The translations under genes and the position numbers were made by a program. This document shows, piece after piece, positions 1 through 11,582 of a DNA stretch of 64,000 bases. Every line of letters starts with the position of its first letter. The first letter of the stretch is position 1. Origin of the DNA: Fistulifera solaris (taxonomy: Eukaryota); assembly GCA_030295235.1 (NCBI GenBank), contig AP026124.1:868001-932000 (forward strand), read 5' to 3'. Under the pieces are notes generated by a model, which saw only the letters and a list, made by a program, of their open reading frames with translations, was not told the DNA's origin and searched no databases.

Positions 1-442
1 TTGACACACAAAACAGCGTGCCGACTTCCAAAGGCGTCCTTTCGTTGCCAATAGGCAGACATCGCAGGGAGTTGTTATCTACGATAAATGCTTCTAATGA
101 ACTCAGAGCCAACGGGCTACCTTTGGGATGAGAAGGGGTGTCTCTTTGTGTAACATGATCCTCAAACTTGTATAGGTAGCTACCCAATAAAACAAGGTAA
201 CGCGCTTCCCAGCTAGGACAGGAAAATCGATTGAGCACTGGAACAGATGCGACGCATCTCTGTATGAAACGCGGCAATAACGAGTAAATCAGAGGGATGT
301 GTAGTTTCCGAACCGGTCCATGTTCCTGAGGCGATGCCTTCAGCAATGCGGAACGACTCAAAGCGAGAGGTGACGATGCACTACCTTTGCTCATTATTTC
401 GGCGGTAGATCCTCGGCGTTGGCGTAATTGCCCTTGTGACAT
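1..442 (-). CDS. PH-domain-like protein, 5' part (runs off the window start)
   Basis: Manually translated open frame from ATG 442 (MSQGQLRQRR...). Contains SWEARYLVLLGSYLYKFED...PKGSPLAL, a PH-domain beta1-beta4 pattern. Not in the ORF track because it has no stop in the window. Confidence 0.6.
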   Translation of the reverse strand, partial: MSQGQLRQRRGSTAEIMSKGSASSPLALSRSALLKASPQEHGPVRKLHIPLIYSLLPRFIQRCVASVPVLNRFSCPSWEARYLVLLGSYLYKFEDHVTQRDTPSHPKGSPLALSSLEAFIVDNNSLRCLPIGNERTPLEVGTLFCVS

Positions 443-973
443 ACTGAGATGAAAGAAACGATCGTATTTACGTTTGCAACAAGTATCTTTTTTCATTTAC
501 CCACCTCTTCCTTTTCTTTCTGACTCCGCGTTCTCACGAGAAACAAAAACTCGTTCCGTATTCCGTATCCCTTATCCCTTTCTTTTTCGCGTAAGTACCG
601 GTTATAATTTTCCGGTATCCGTTTTCCATAGTGAAACACTTGTAAATGTCGTGGAGACTCATTTGCTTCTTTGAAAATTGAAATTCCTATCAGCCTCATT
701 TTCTGTGTCGATGTATGAAGTACAATGTTTGCACAGGGAATCTTGGTGAAGCCCTTTGCAACCGCAAAAGTTGTCCCCCCCCTCCCCCCCCTGAACACGC
801 ACTTCGTTCGGCAAAGCCCATCACTCAAAACCGAAAGACGCCGTTCCACAACGAGGCCAATACCAGGTACAAGTGCAGCCAGTCAGCAGCCCAACAACAG
901 CGAAAGCCACCATCAACTTGACGTTGTCATCGTTGTTTCCCGGAATAATAAAGAAAACAACCCCACTTGCATC

Positions 974-1405
974 ATGATTTCCCGTATCCTACTCCTCCTT
1001 ACTGTTCTTGTGCTTGGAACTGAGGTATGTAGTTAAAGCACGAAAAATAAATTTTGCTCGGCCAGGCAATTTTTCTAGATTGCTTCGTCTCGCCAATAGC
1101 ATCGCTTGTGACTCACGTCTTTTTTATTCGAAATACAGGCATTTGTTATCCCCACTTTGCCTTCGTCTTCCAGCGTATCGCCTTTGATGGCCAGCCGCGT
1201 CAACGCCAAGAAGGAAAAGATCAAGCGCAACCGTGACAACATGCGCAAGTTCAAGTCCGTCGGACGCAAAGGAACCAGCCGCAGAAAGATGCTCAAGAAG
1301 GCACAAGCTTCCAAAGCTCGTCAAACGGAAGCCGAATTCATTGCTCAGTGCTACATCACCGCCCCTCCCCCCGAACTCTGTCGAGGAACCCAAGCAGTAA
1401 AATGA
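974..1405 (+). CDS. Small basic, probably plastid-targeted protein of unknown function
   Basis: Exon 974-1024 (signal peptide MISRILLLLTVLVLGTE), GT-AG intron 1025-1138, then AFVIPTLPSSSS (AF cleavage motif + transit peptide) in frame with the K/R-rich ORF 1157-1405. Confidence 0.7.
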
Positions 1406-1595
1406 TTGTTTTCTTTTTTAAATAATAAAAAGTAAATGGGAATGAATGTGGTGATTCGCCTTCTGTGATTGAGAGTTTGCGGTCCTATTACCTAGACTAG
1501 CTCGTAGTTTTTTTCTATTTATTTAATGCTTATCGTGAATAAGTATTTTCCTCAGTAGTTTCCAAAATATTTCGATTCGCACCAAGCGTCACTCC

Positions 1596-2985
1596 TTATT
1601 CTTCATCCACTCGCTGACTAACAGCACCACTTTCCACGACAACATGTGGACGAGGCTCAACCATTCTTCGGGCAGTCTTTCCCATAGGGTTGGGTCTGTC
1701 TTCCAAAGCAGTCTCATTGGGGAAAAGCTCGCACTGTGCTTTCTGCATCATGATGTGATCCATCAATGTCAAGGCAACCATTGCTTCCACCATCGGAACA
1801 GCACGGGGTAGAACACACGGGTCATGGCGACCTTTGCCTCGCAACTCTACTTCCGTTCCGTCTCGTGTCACAGTTTTCTACAGACAGACAAAAAGGAAAT
1901 GTCGATAGTGAGAACGAATGCTCGATAAATGCACGAAGAAAGTAAAAACGGTGAAAGTATTACGTACCTGTACTTGTCCAATGGTAGAAGTTGGCTTGAA
2001 AGCAACATGCACTACTATACTCTCTCCGTTGCTGATTCCACCCTGAATGCCACCGGATCGATTGGTTTTAGTTCGAGTGGCTCCAGTTTCCGGATCAATG
2101 TAGAATTCATCATTGTGATCCTTCCCACTCAGCAGAGTTCCGGCAAAACCGTCCCCTGACTCCGAAGCCTTTGGCGGCGGGAATAGACATGCAGGCCTTG
2201 GCCAGATCAGCCTCTAATTTATCAAAGACAGGCGCACCTAGTCCGGCAGGGACATTGCGAGCGACGCACGTCACCACACCCCCAATGGAATTTCCCGCCT
2301 TGCGAATTTCATCGATCCGCGCCAACATTTTTTCCGCCGAGACCGGATCGGGACAGCGCACAATATTGGCGTCGACGTCTTCCATTGTGAATGTTTCGTC
2401 GTCTACGCTTTCCGCTTTTATATCCTGCACGGACGAAACGTAGGCTAATACTTCGATACCATTGTACATTTTGAGTAACTTGCGAGCCACCGCACCAGCC
2501 GCCACACGCCCAATAGTTTCTCGAGCACTGGAACGTCCTCCACCCGCTACAGCTCTTACTCCGTACTTGGCATCATACGTAGCATCCGCATGACTGGGAC
2601 GATACGCGACTTTCATATCGTTGTCCAAATAATCCTGACTCCTCTGATCCTTGTTCCGCACCAACATGGCAATAGGAGTACCTAGAGTCAAACCATCCGG
2701 TGACAAACCAGAAATGATTTCCACTGCATCTTCTTCATTCCGCGGAGTGGTAATACGAGACTGACCCGGACGCCGCCGATCCAAATCAATTTGAATTTCT
2801 TCGCGTGTCAGAGGAATACGAGGTGGGCAACCGTCGAGTTGTACTCCAACACCTCCTCCGTGAGATTCACCCCATGTGCTAATGCGAAAGACGCGACCAA
2901 ATGTGTTACCTGTGCCCATGAACAAAGTCAAGGCACTGGTTGTTGGCGTCGCCGCGAGCAATAGAAACGATACAGAGAGTCTCAT
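1596..2985 (-). CDS. aroC: Chorismate synthase, N-terminal signal peptide
   Basis: [22 protein letters not shown] and [18 protein letters not shown] motifs. Intron 1878-1967. One extra G near 2162 breaks KGFESGDGF. Confidence 0.97.
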
Positions 2986-3898
2986 GGTTGAGTAGCAGTC
3001 CAGATGTTCGAGCAATTTTTTCCAATGCAGTCAGTAGTTCTAGTCAGTTATGAGTCAAAGTAGCCTCTGCAATTTTTGAAAGTGTGTAACTTGTGGATTG
3101 TTTGGTAAGCACACTGAGCTGCTCTTTGTCGATGCCGAAGTGCCGAGGTTCAACTTTTGGAGTAGGATGATTCCGTGTGTTCGACGGTCTGACTTTTTTG
3201 ATGGCGAGTGAGCCAAAATAGGAGGGGCAAGGGGCAAGGGGCAAACCGAGTGACGCGTTTCACGGGACTAGTACCGAGTCGCGTAACGCGACAAGAAACA
3301 GACCCCAGACTGTAATACTATTTGTAGATGCGCAGCGGACGACTAGCTTATCGACGTATAAAATAAAGATTGAAAGGCAAACGTAGCTAGACTTTGCTAC
3401 AACTAATAAATAAGCAGTGTGGATCGTGGCTCGAAAAACTTGATTCATGACTAAAAGGCAGTCGTAGAAAAGTTAATACCACTGAGTCTTTAAAATAAAT
3501 ATTGAGGACAACGATCTGCAAGAGATTCCCACGTAAAGAACGAGAAGTGCATTGAAAAATGCATTTGTACCCGATGAATTATCGTGTAACGAAGCAGCTG
3601 TTGATCGGATAAACCGGCCTTGGATTGCTCTGCTTGACTATTTGCAATAAGTTCCTTTCGTTGTTCTAATTTCTGACAGAGATCGGGGTGCTTCAGCAGC
3701 ACATTTATTTTTGTTCGCGCGATGCTCCATCCACAATCGATTTCATGGCAGCAGCACGTTCTGAAATGCTATTTTAAAAAATGATGGATCATTTGCTGTT
3801 GCAAGTTTCTTGTGCAACCCATTGATAATCGTATACTATCAAAAATAAGTAGTCTTTGTGGTACTGTACACACCCTTGATTAACGTACTACGTACGAG

Positions 3899-4908
3899 GT
3901 GAACACGTCAAAATACAAAATGCCCAGCTTTTCCGTATACGTCAAAATACCAAAGGCCCAGATTTTCTGGACAAGTCAAATTCAACACCCCCAGATTTTT
4001 TGGAGAAGTCAAAATTCAACTCCCCCAGATTTTCTGGACAAGTCAAAATTCAACACCTCCAGATTTTCTGGACAGATCAAAATACCATTCCCCCAGATTT
4101 TCTCTCCCAAATTTTTTGGAGACGTCAAAGTACCACTCACCCAGATTTTCTGGAAACGTCACAATACCACTCCCCAGATTATCTGGATACGTCAAAGTAC
4201 CACATTCCCAGATTTTCTGGACAAGTCAAAATTCAACACCCCCAGATTTTCTGGAGAGATAAAAATACCGCACCCCATTTTCTGGATACATAAAAGTCCA
4301 ACAGCCCCAGATTTTCTGGATACGTCAAAATACCACTCACCAGACTATCTGGACACATCAAAATACCCAAACCCCCAGATTTTCTGGACAGGTGAAAATA
4401 CCACTCACCCAGATTTGCTAGACACGCCAAAAAATCAAACCCCCAGATTTTCTGGACAGATCAAATACCACTCCCCCAGATTTTCTGGATACATCATACG
4501 GAGTAATACAACTCTCCCAGATTTTCTGGCCACGTCAAAATACCACTCGCCCAGCTTTTCTGCATACTTCGAAATACCACTCGCCCAGATTTTCTGGACA
4601 CATCAAAAAACCAAACGCCCAGATTTTCTGGACAGATCACAATGCCACTCACCCAGATTTTCTGGACAGATCAAAATACCACTCACCCAGCTTTTCTGGA
4701 GACGTCATAATACCAAATGCCCAGATTTTTTGGACAGATCAAAATACCACTCCCTCAGATTTTCTGGATACATCAAAGTTCAACACGCCCAGATTTTCTG
4801 GACAGATCAAAATACCACTCCCCAGATTTTCTGGATACATCATAATACAACTCTCCCAGATTTTCTGGAAACTTCAAAATACCATTCGCCCAGCTTTTCT
4901 GGAGACGT
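3899..4908 (+). repeat. Tandem array of ~30 copies of a 34-bp unit (CCCAGATTTTCTGGAC + ACRTCAAAATACCACTCN)
   Basis: Directly visible; units counted by eye. Confidence 0.95.
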
Positions 4909-4967
4909 ACGAAGCATACAACGTAGTATGGAGAAATAAGCCTCACGGCGCCAGCAACAAACTTGTC

Positions 4968-5013
4968 GAGTGGTGTTCTTACGTCCCCAGAAAATCTGGG
5001 GGTGTGGTGTCTT
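4968..5013 (-). repeat. Single inverted copy of the 34-bp unit
   Basis: GAGTGGTGTTCTTACGTCCCCAGAAAATCTGGGGGTGTGGT is the reverse complement of the array unit. Confidence 0.85.
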
Positions 5014-5086
5014 CTAAGGATTCCCTTCGGTTTTTGGTGTCTTCACGTCCATCTTTATAGAATGCATCCAACAAGAGACATAAGAC

Positions 5087-6253
5087 ATGATCTCTTGGTC
5101 TATCTTCCTCATCATTGTTATATTAACGGCAGAACGAACAAATGCGCAGTACGGAGATTTAGCTTTGCCAGGACACACGAAACAAAATGACTACTCATTG
5201 CCCCTCCCGCATACTTATTCGACTGAGTTACCGCAAGCGTTCTCTTGGCATGATGTAGATGGTGTTTCGTACTTGACTCACTCTTTGAATCAACATATCC
5301 CACATTATTGTGGAAGCTGTTGGGCGCACTCCGCATTATCTGTTTTAGCGGACCGAATCAAGATTGCTCGTCGCTACGATGTCATACAACGAAAATCAAA
5401 AGAACGCTCCAACGCAGACACCTACAATCACGTCGATCTCAATTTTTCGGTTCAATTCCTCTTGCATTGCGGAGCACACATGGCTGGATCATGTAAAGGG
5501 GGATCCGCTACTGGCGCGTTTCAATTTATACAACACTTTGGTTTCATCCCGGTCGACACTTGTCAAGCTTACATCGCTTGTTCGGATGATTCGGATGAGG
5601 GTTTCTGTCCTTTTGTTAATACAACCTGTGTGGATGTTAATGTATGTATAACCTGTTCGCCCTCGAATAGTTGTCGAGCCGTCAAAACCTTCCCCAATGC
5701 GACTATAGCGGAGTATGGGACGTATCATTTCGATACGGTTGCCATGATGGCCGGTAAGTCTCCGAGTTGACCCCAAAGTACTCCCACGTTGAACTCATCT
5801 ACCTATCGCTCAGAAATCTACCACCGGGGGCCAATCAAAGCGTCTGTGGATGCGACGTTCCTCGTCAATTATCCGGGAGGAGTTATCTGGGATGCCCCCG
5901 AGTTTTCATTCACAACGCCACAATCACGGAGTTGAGATTGTAGGCTGGGGCTATGACGACACCAAAGGTAGGAGCCTCGGCTGCGTAACCCTGTCTAATT
6001 GGTTCACCTCTAATAGTTTTTAGATCGCCAGTATTGGGTGGTGCGAAACTCGTGGGGTCCTTATTGGGGTGAAATGTCGTTTTTTCGTGTCGAACTGGGC
6101 AAAAACTTACTCTTGATTGAAAGCAACATTGCATGGGTCACACCAAAATCATATTCTGTGTGGGTTTGTGACACAGACATGAAGTGCGGGCTTCAGGAGG
6201 AACTATACATCGACCCTTCCTTGCACCTCGCACAGGTTAGTAGTACGGGTTGA
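5087..6253 (+). CDS. Cathepsin X/Z-like papain-family (C1A) cysteine protease
   Basis: Signal peptide; NQHIPHYCGSCWAH (HIP insertion typical of cathepsin X); NHGVEIVGWG; WVVRNSWGPYWGE. Introns about 5754-5813 and 5968-6024. Confidence 0.9.
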
Positions 6254-6915
6254 GCCCGACAACCAACATGAGCAACACCAGTAAATTCACAAGTTGCGCT
6301 TGGATCATCTGTCGACCGCTGTAACAAGAATACAACGATGTACAGTACAAGAAGTAAAGCAACTTCGCTCAACCCGAAAGTGCACACCTTGTCGGTCTGT
6401 GAATTTCATACAAGGCAAAGTGCGTCTTTCGCTTTTAACTTCATAAATATAAATATTAATTTCGATACAAGGATAAATATACTTTTATCTTTAAGAACTG
6501 CTGATCAAAGACAATGCCTTGGATATTGATTCAAATTATGAGTGCGGTTAATAGTTTGCGGGACTTATTTGTTATTGAGTCGTTCGGAAACCTCACTGCC
6601 ACACACCGTAAAATAGTCTCTAGAGAGCTACCGGTACCGATACGGTACTGTACCTGGTACCAGGGTAGTGCACTTTGGATTGAAAAACGAAAGGTGCGTT
6701 ACCTGGGAACGGCGTTAAAATTCTGCCTCGTCGTAGACGCTACGTAGAATCTTGTACTGGGAGGCAGAATTTTAACGTCTTTCCCTGTGTACCGGTCGGT
6801 ACCAGGTACGAAATACCGTAGCGTTTGTACTGGTACTCGAAAAAAAGCACGGCAATGACACCCGATAAAGTCGTCGTCGAAACTTCACTTATCCGATTCT
6901 AGAGATGCCGCTGCT

Positions 6916-7662
6916 ATGTCGGTCGAATCTATAAAACTATGTGACAGCAAAGATGAAGGGGAGTCGCTTGTTAAGGACACGCATTTTTGTTCAGATGATC
7001 AGATCTTACATCCGAGTAATCGCAGTCTAGAAGAAGACAGTCAGTCCCCGTCAAAACGACAGAAATTGATGGACGAGGAAACGTCTAAAACAAACCCCTT
7101 TGCAAAGTTTGCCCATCAAAGCGGGTCCATCAACAATTTGCAAGTACGTCTCCTTTCAACACAGCCAAGAAAAATGTGCAAGAAAAATGACAAGAAATGC
7201 AATGAAATTCCACCTCGGATGGATATGTTAAGCCCAGCGGAAGTGGAAAACGTCAAAAGCAAGTGGTATAGTTTTCTTCAAGAGGGTGATTCTATGGAAG
7301 ATCAGAGGTTTCAGCTGCTTGTTGCAGCCCGCCTTCATGCCCGATGCCAAGACAAAGCGGTTCATCAAGCCATGATTGAGTTACGCAAATTTCTCCTCCC
7401 GATGTCGTTTTCAGCTGAAACTGTAGCCAGTATCGATCCAAACCAGTTACAGGAGTGCATTTCCAACTTACAGTTCTATTCTGTGAAAGCAAAGCAAATC
7501 GTTCAGGCGGCGAATGAGATTGTCGATCAGTATTGTAGCCAGGTTCCAGAATCCGAGTCCAGCTTGATGAAAGTGACGGGTATTGGGCCTGTATTTGCAG
7601 ATTTACTGGCGACAATCAACACACAGGCCGCGCATCAAAAGAGGAGAGGCGATCTTCATTAG
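6916..7662 (+). CDS. HhH-GPD / endonuclease III-like protein
   Basis: FQLLVAARL..., LQFYSVKAKQI, VPESESSLMKVTGIGP (HhH motif). No C-terminal Fe-S cluster motif is visible. Confidence 0.7.
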   Translation: MSVESIKLCDSKDEGESLVKDTHFCSDDQILHPSNRSLEEDSQSPSKRQKLMDEETSKTNPFAKFAHQSGSINNLQVRLLSTQPRKMCKKNDKKCNEIPPRMDMLSPAEVENVKSKWYSFLQEGDSMEDQRFQLLVAARLHARCQDKAVHQAMIELRKFLLPMSFSAETVASIDPNQLQECISNLQFYSVKAKQIVQAANEIVDQYCSQVPESESSLMKVTGIGPVFADLLATINTQAAHQKRRGDLH

Positions 7663-7989
7663 TAACGATGACGTCGTTTGAGCCTGAATGGACACTTTGA
7701 GATTTTTTTTCACGAAAGCAAGTCTTTCAGCAAGTTGCTCGGTACAAGTTTCATCCCCTTGTCTCGGTTTATTGAACAGAGAAAAGGGAAGGATCAGAGA
7801 TCAAAGCGTTTAGCCGATGGCCACCTTGTCCCTTGCCTCCTGTTAAAGATCAAGCACAGAACATCTTAAAGACACTGCATGACACTTGCAACGTTATCAT
7901 TCCTGTTTATTTGTCAAAACTTCCATTAATCTACTTCTAAATCATTTCGTGACACGCGAGCTCATGCAGGTCATCCTTTTTCCAATTAA

Positions 7990-8804
7990 TCATTCCCAAA
8001 TATGAGGTTCTGTATTCTTATTCATCCATTCATGGCTTTTCACAGTCTGGCAATATTCTTCTTGCTGTCGTTCGGCATTATTGAATTGTTCTCGCGCTTG
8101 TTCTAACGACAGCGCCACCCATTCTTTTCGTCGCCGGTTCGTTCGACTCAAAGCCGGAATTCCTCGACGCGCCCAGCATATGGCTTTCGCCATGTTTTGC
8201 TCGCGAAGAGCAAGCATTACCAGCAATTGTGGAACTTCAATGTGCCACGGTTTCAAACAGAGAGCATGCATAGCCAATTCATAGGATTCTTCGGTTCTAC
8301 CTTTGTAAAACAGCAGTGTTGCCAAGCGAATAACCGGTTCGGCCCAACAAGGTTGTTCTTGAATCATGTTACGCAACACTAACTCTTCTTGTAACAAACC
8401 CACAGAACATTCTTTTTCCATTTCCATGATTGTTGTAGCATATCCATCTCCTCGTTCGGCTATCCAAAGATGCATGAGTTCTTCGACCGCATCGTCGGAA
8501 TCGTTTAAGGACTCGAGCAATTGAATTTCAAGTTCGCGACGACGACGAGACACACTGCTCAGCATGACGGGCATATCTTCATCATTTTGGGAAAAGAATA
8601 CTTGTTGCGAGACTGAGTCTTCCAAAAGAGGCTTTCGAAAAGTCGACGTGCCGAGTCAATATCAGGCCAATCGCGTCCGACGGCATGATGGTCTTGGACG
8701 AGTGATGCCGTGAGTCTGGCCCTCTGTGGAAGCAAGACGAAGGCTTGGCTTTTCAAAGCGGCACTAGTCACTGCTATGAAGGATAGGATGGTTCGGAGAC
8801 TCAT
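7990..8804 (-). CDS. TPR-like protein with plastid-type bipartite leader
   Basis: Signal peptide ending SQA-FV; WAEPVIRLATLLFYKGRTEESYELAMHALCLKPWH is TPR-like. One-base indel in a T run near 8625 joins the two ORFs. Confidence 0.65.
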
Positions 8805-9202
8805 GATGTTAAAGCCATAGAAGAGGAAAAACAGCCATGTTTATGCAAAACATCTCACCTGCGTTGACGGTTATTGTCAAGAACGAAAAGCAGCGAACAA
8901 GATACGTTTGTTCTTCGGCGGAAACCGGAAACGGCTTCTGTTCAGGCGATGCACTTCACACGCGGTAAGACATCCCAAAAAACGATAAAACCTGTAGTCT
9001 GTACGCACGACACTCGTGTTTACCGCGTGTGATGACACACAGAGCACTTCTAAGAAACCTTAAGCTGTCATCTGTCATCGCCGTAAAAGCAAAGGTTAGA
9101 AATCGAACCCAAAATAATAATTATACCAAGTGCGAAGAACAACTTTGACACTCTAACAACAACAACGACGACGATCACATTCTAATACTTGATTATTCAA
9201 AC

Positions 9203-10062
9203 ATGGGGTTCTTCTCATCTTTTGACGGTAAGAGCGCTTCGATTTTCCCGCACACCATCTTGATTTTATCGTTTTCAACGATGCTCACAACACCACAACC
9301 ACAACACGCACAGAGGCGATCGACGACGTCGAAGAATATTGGGAGACCAAATGGGAGGCCTTTTGTGACAAGGTTGCCACGAGTGGAACACTCGGGAAGA
9401 AATTTGCGGATCATGTCTTGCGCAAACTTACCGTCACGGCACCCGTGATATTGTCCTTTGTATTAGTATGCACACTTCTCCATTTTATCGGTGGATGGTC
9501 CCAGAGCGTACAACGTATGCTGGCCGTTCACGATACATGGAAGACTAGCCGCCTCCTGCAGTACACGTCTCTTGTGACGCATATTTTTGTTCATTCAAGT
9601 TTTGGTCATTTGAGAGGGAACATGACTCATCTATTACTCGTTGGTCCTTCCGTCGAACACGCCTTTGGATCACAGAATATTTCGATCATTATGATGGTGG
9701 TCGCCATTGTTTCAGCATTCGCTCATATTCTGGTCGGAAACAACTATTCTCATCAATTGGGAGCGTCGGGAGTCGTATTTGCGTGTATTTTGCTCAATTC
9801 TTTGGTCGGTGCGAGTCACGGCAAGATACCCATGGCCTTTGTTTTAGTTGCCATTCTCTATCTTGGGGAAGAATTGGCTTTGTTCTTTAATGTTTGGAAT
9901 CCGGACGGGATTTCTCATCATGCCCATCTCACTGGAGGTATCGTGGGTGCGGTAGCGGGCTTTTACTTTCATCGACAACAACGCACGAAGATTCCAGCAA
10001 AAGCCAAAACACTTGCGGACTTGCGAAAAAGCATCCCAGGTTTAAATAAGAAGAAAAAGTGA
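9203..10062 (+). CDS. Rhomboid-family intramembrane serine protease
   Basis: Intron 9228-9313 gives MGFFSSFD-EAIDDVEEY...; HLRGNM, GASG (catalytic Ser) and HLTG (catalytic His); multiple TM helices. Confidence 0.9.
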
Positions 10063-10139
10063 TGCCAATAGCAACAAATCTCGAAATTTATTACTTCGTA
10101 TACTCAAGAACCTTAATAAATGGACCATAGTCGACTTTT

Positions 10140-10943
10140 TTACTTTGCTTTCGAATGAATCGCCCAAATATCTTCACTCACGACTCCACCAAAGCGCCAT
10201 CGCAATATCAATCGTTTGTACCATGCTTCATTGGAAAATGCATCGTTGACACTTTCAATACACTCTACCGAGGCGACCCAGGGTTGATGCTCAAACAAAT
10301 GTAGCACTTGATCTTTGTTTAATGTAAAAGGAGGCCCCGACTTTACATCGCCCTTGGGACGAACATATCCAGATAGTAAGAGCACTCCACCGGGTTTCAA
10401 TACAGATCCCAACACTTGAACATATTCTTCGCGATCGCTAGGATTAATCGCAACCATGGCGGCCCGATCCCATATCACATCAAATTTTCCCGCCACAGCT
10501 GGACCAAAGTGAAAGAAGTTCCCACACAACAACCATATCTTCTCACCACGAAAGCAATCAAATCCATTCCTCGAACCAACCGCTTCCATTTGCAGATTAG
10601 GATTTTCCTGCATGAATTCCTTCACAGCTTGGAGTACACCCTCCACTCCGATCACTTCTTTAGCTTTAGTTGTCAAGTAAGCCAAATCCACCGTCTTTCC
10701 GCAAAGTGGCACAAGGACTCGCGATTCTTTGTGAATATAATCATCTCCATATTTCTGTAAAACCCAATAGACATCGCGTTGGTGCCATCGAGTCATCCCG
10801 GTATCCCATAGTTTCTTCCATGAATCTAGCGCTCCGACCTCTTCGGATTGCGTCCGTAAAGAACGGTTTTTATTCAAAGCAAAAGCAGCGGCTGCCACAA
10901 CTGTAGGGGTGAGAACCCGTGATTTTCCATAGCATTGCATCAT
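10140..10943 (-). CDS. TPMT: Thiopurine S-methyltransferase family protein
   Basis: WKKLWDTGMTRWH, RVLVPLCGKTVDL, FDVIWDRAAMVAI and SGPPF motifs. Confidence 0.9.
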   Translation of the reverse strand: MMQCYGKSRVLTPTVVAAAAFALNKNRSLRTQSEEVGALDSWKKLWDTGMTRWHQRDVYWVLQKYGDDYIHKESRVLVPLCGKTVDLAYLTTKAKEVIGVEGVLQAVKEFMQENPNLQMEAVGSRNGFDCFRGEKIWLLCGNFFHFGPAVAGKFDVIWDRAAMVAINPSDREEYVQVLGSVLKPGGVLLLSGYVRPKGDVKSGPPFTLNKDQVLHLFEHQPWVASVECIESVNDAFSNEAWYKRLILRWRFGGVVSEDIWAIHSKAK

Positions 10944-11582
10944 ACTTATGGTTGCAACGCGCAAAAGTCCAATCACATAAAACACCACGACCGAACCGGA
11001 TGGTCTTTAGAATTCACGTCGTACTTGCCCACGGGTCAATACAATTTTATTCGTGTTTCCAAATGCACAACCAAGTTCATTAGAGCTCGCATGAGTCTTT
11101 CTATGGTCCGGTCGGTAAGTATGATTCTTTCAGAGAATCCGAGAGAAGGAGCACCACGGCGATTCTCCCCTTATTGGGAAACGGGCGCCCTCTCTACTTC
11201 TCTAGAGAACAGCACTCAACAAAAGTGCCACATTGAAATATTTGTGAGAAAATGGAAAAATAATGAAGTCGAATGTCAAAATTGCATTCTGACGTTGGGA
11301 AATTAGGAATAAATATTAGAGTTATTTGTGATTATTAGGGGAAAGGGAAAAATAGCGAACTCTTCAGGCGCTTGGACATTGAACGTTGTTTCGAGTTTAT
11401 TGATATTGCGTGAGTGACTGTGACGAAAATTATTTCGTCACGGCGGAAGCAGCGCGGCTCCCAAAAAGCATCCCCATCCGCAGCGTGTATCCCTTCAATT
11501 CCATCCATAACGCTGCTTTTTACTTTTGCAACACTCCTCTTCATCACAACAGCATTGTTGCTCACGGCTAGTTTAAACAAAC

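Noticed and set aside
3899..4908. CRISPR array (palindromic repeat + spacers)
   Set aside because: The 18-bp linkers are variants of one consensus rather than unique spacers; no cas genes; eukaryotic context.
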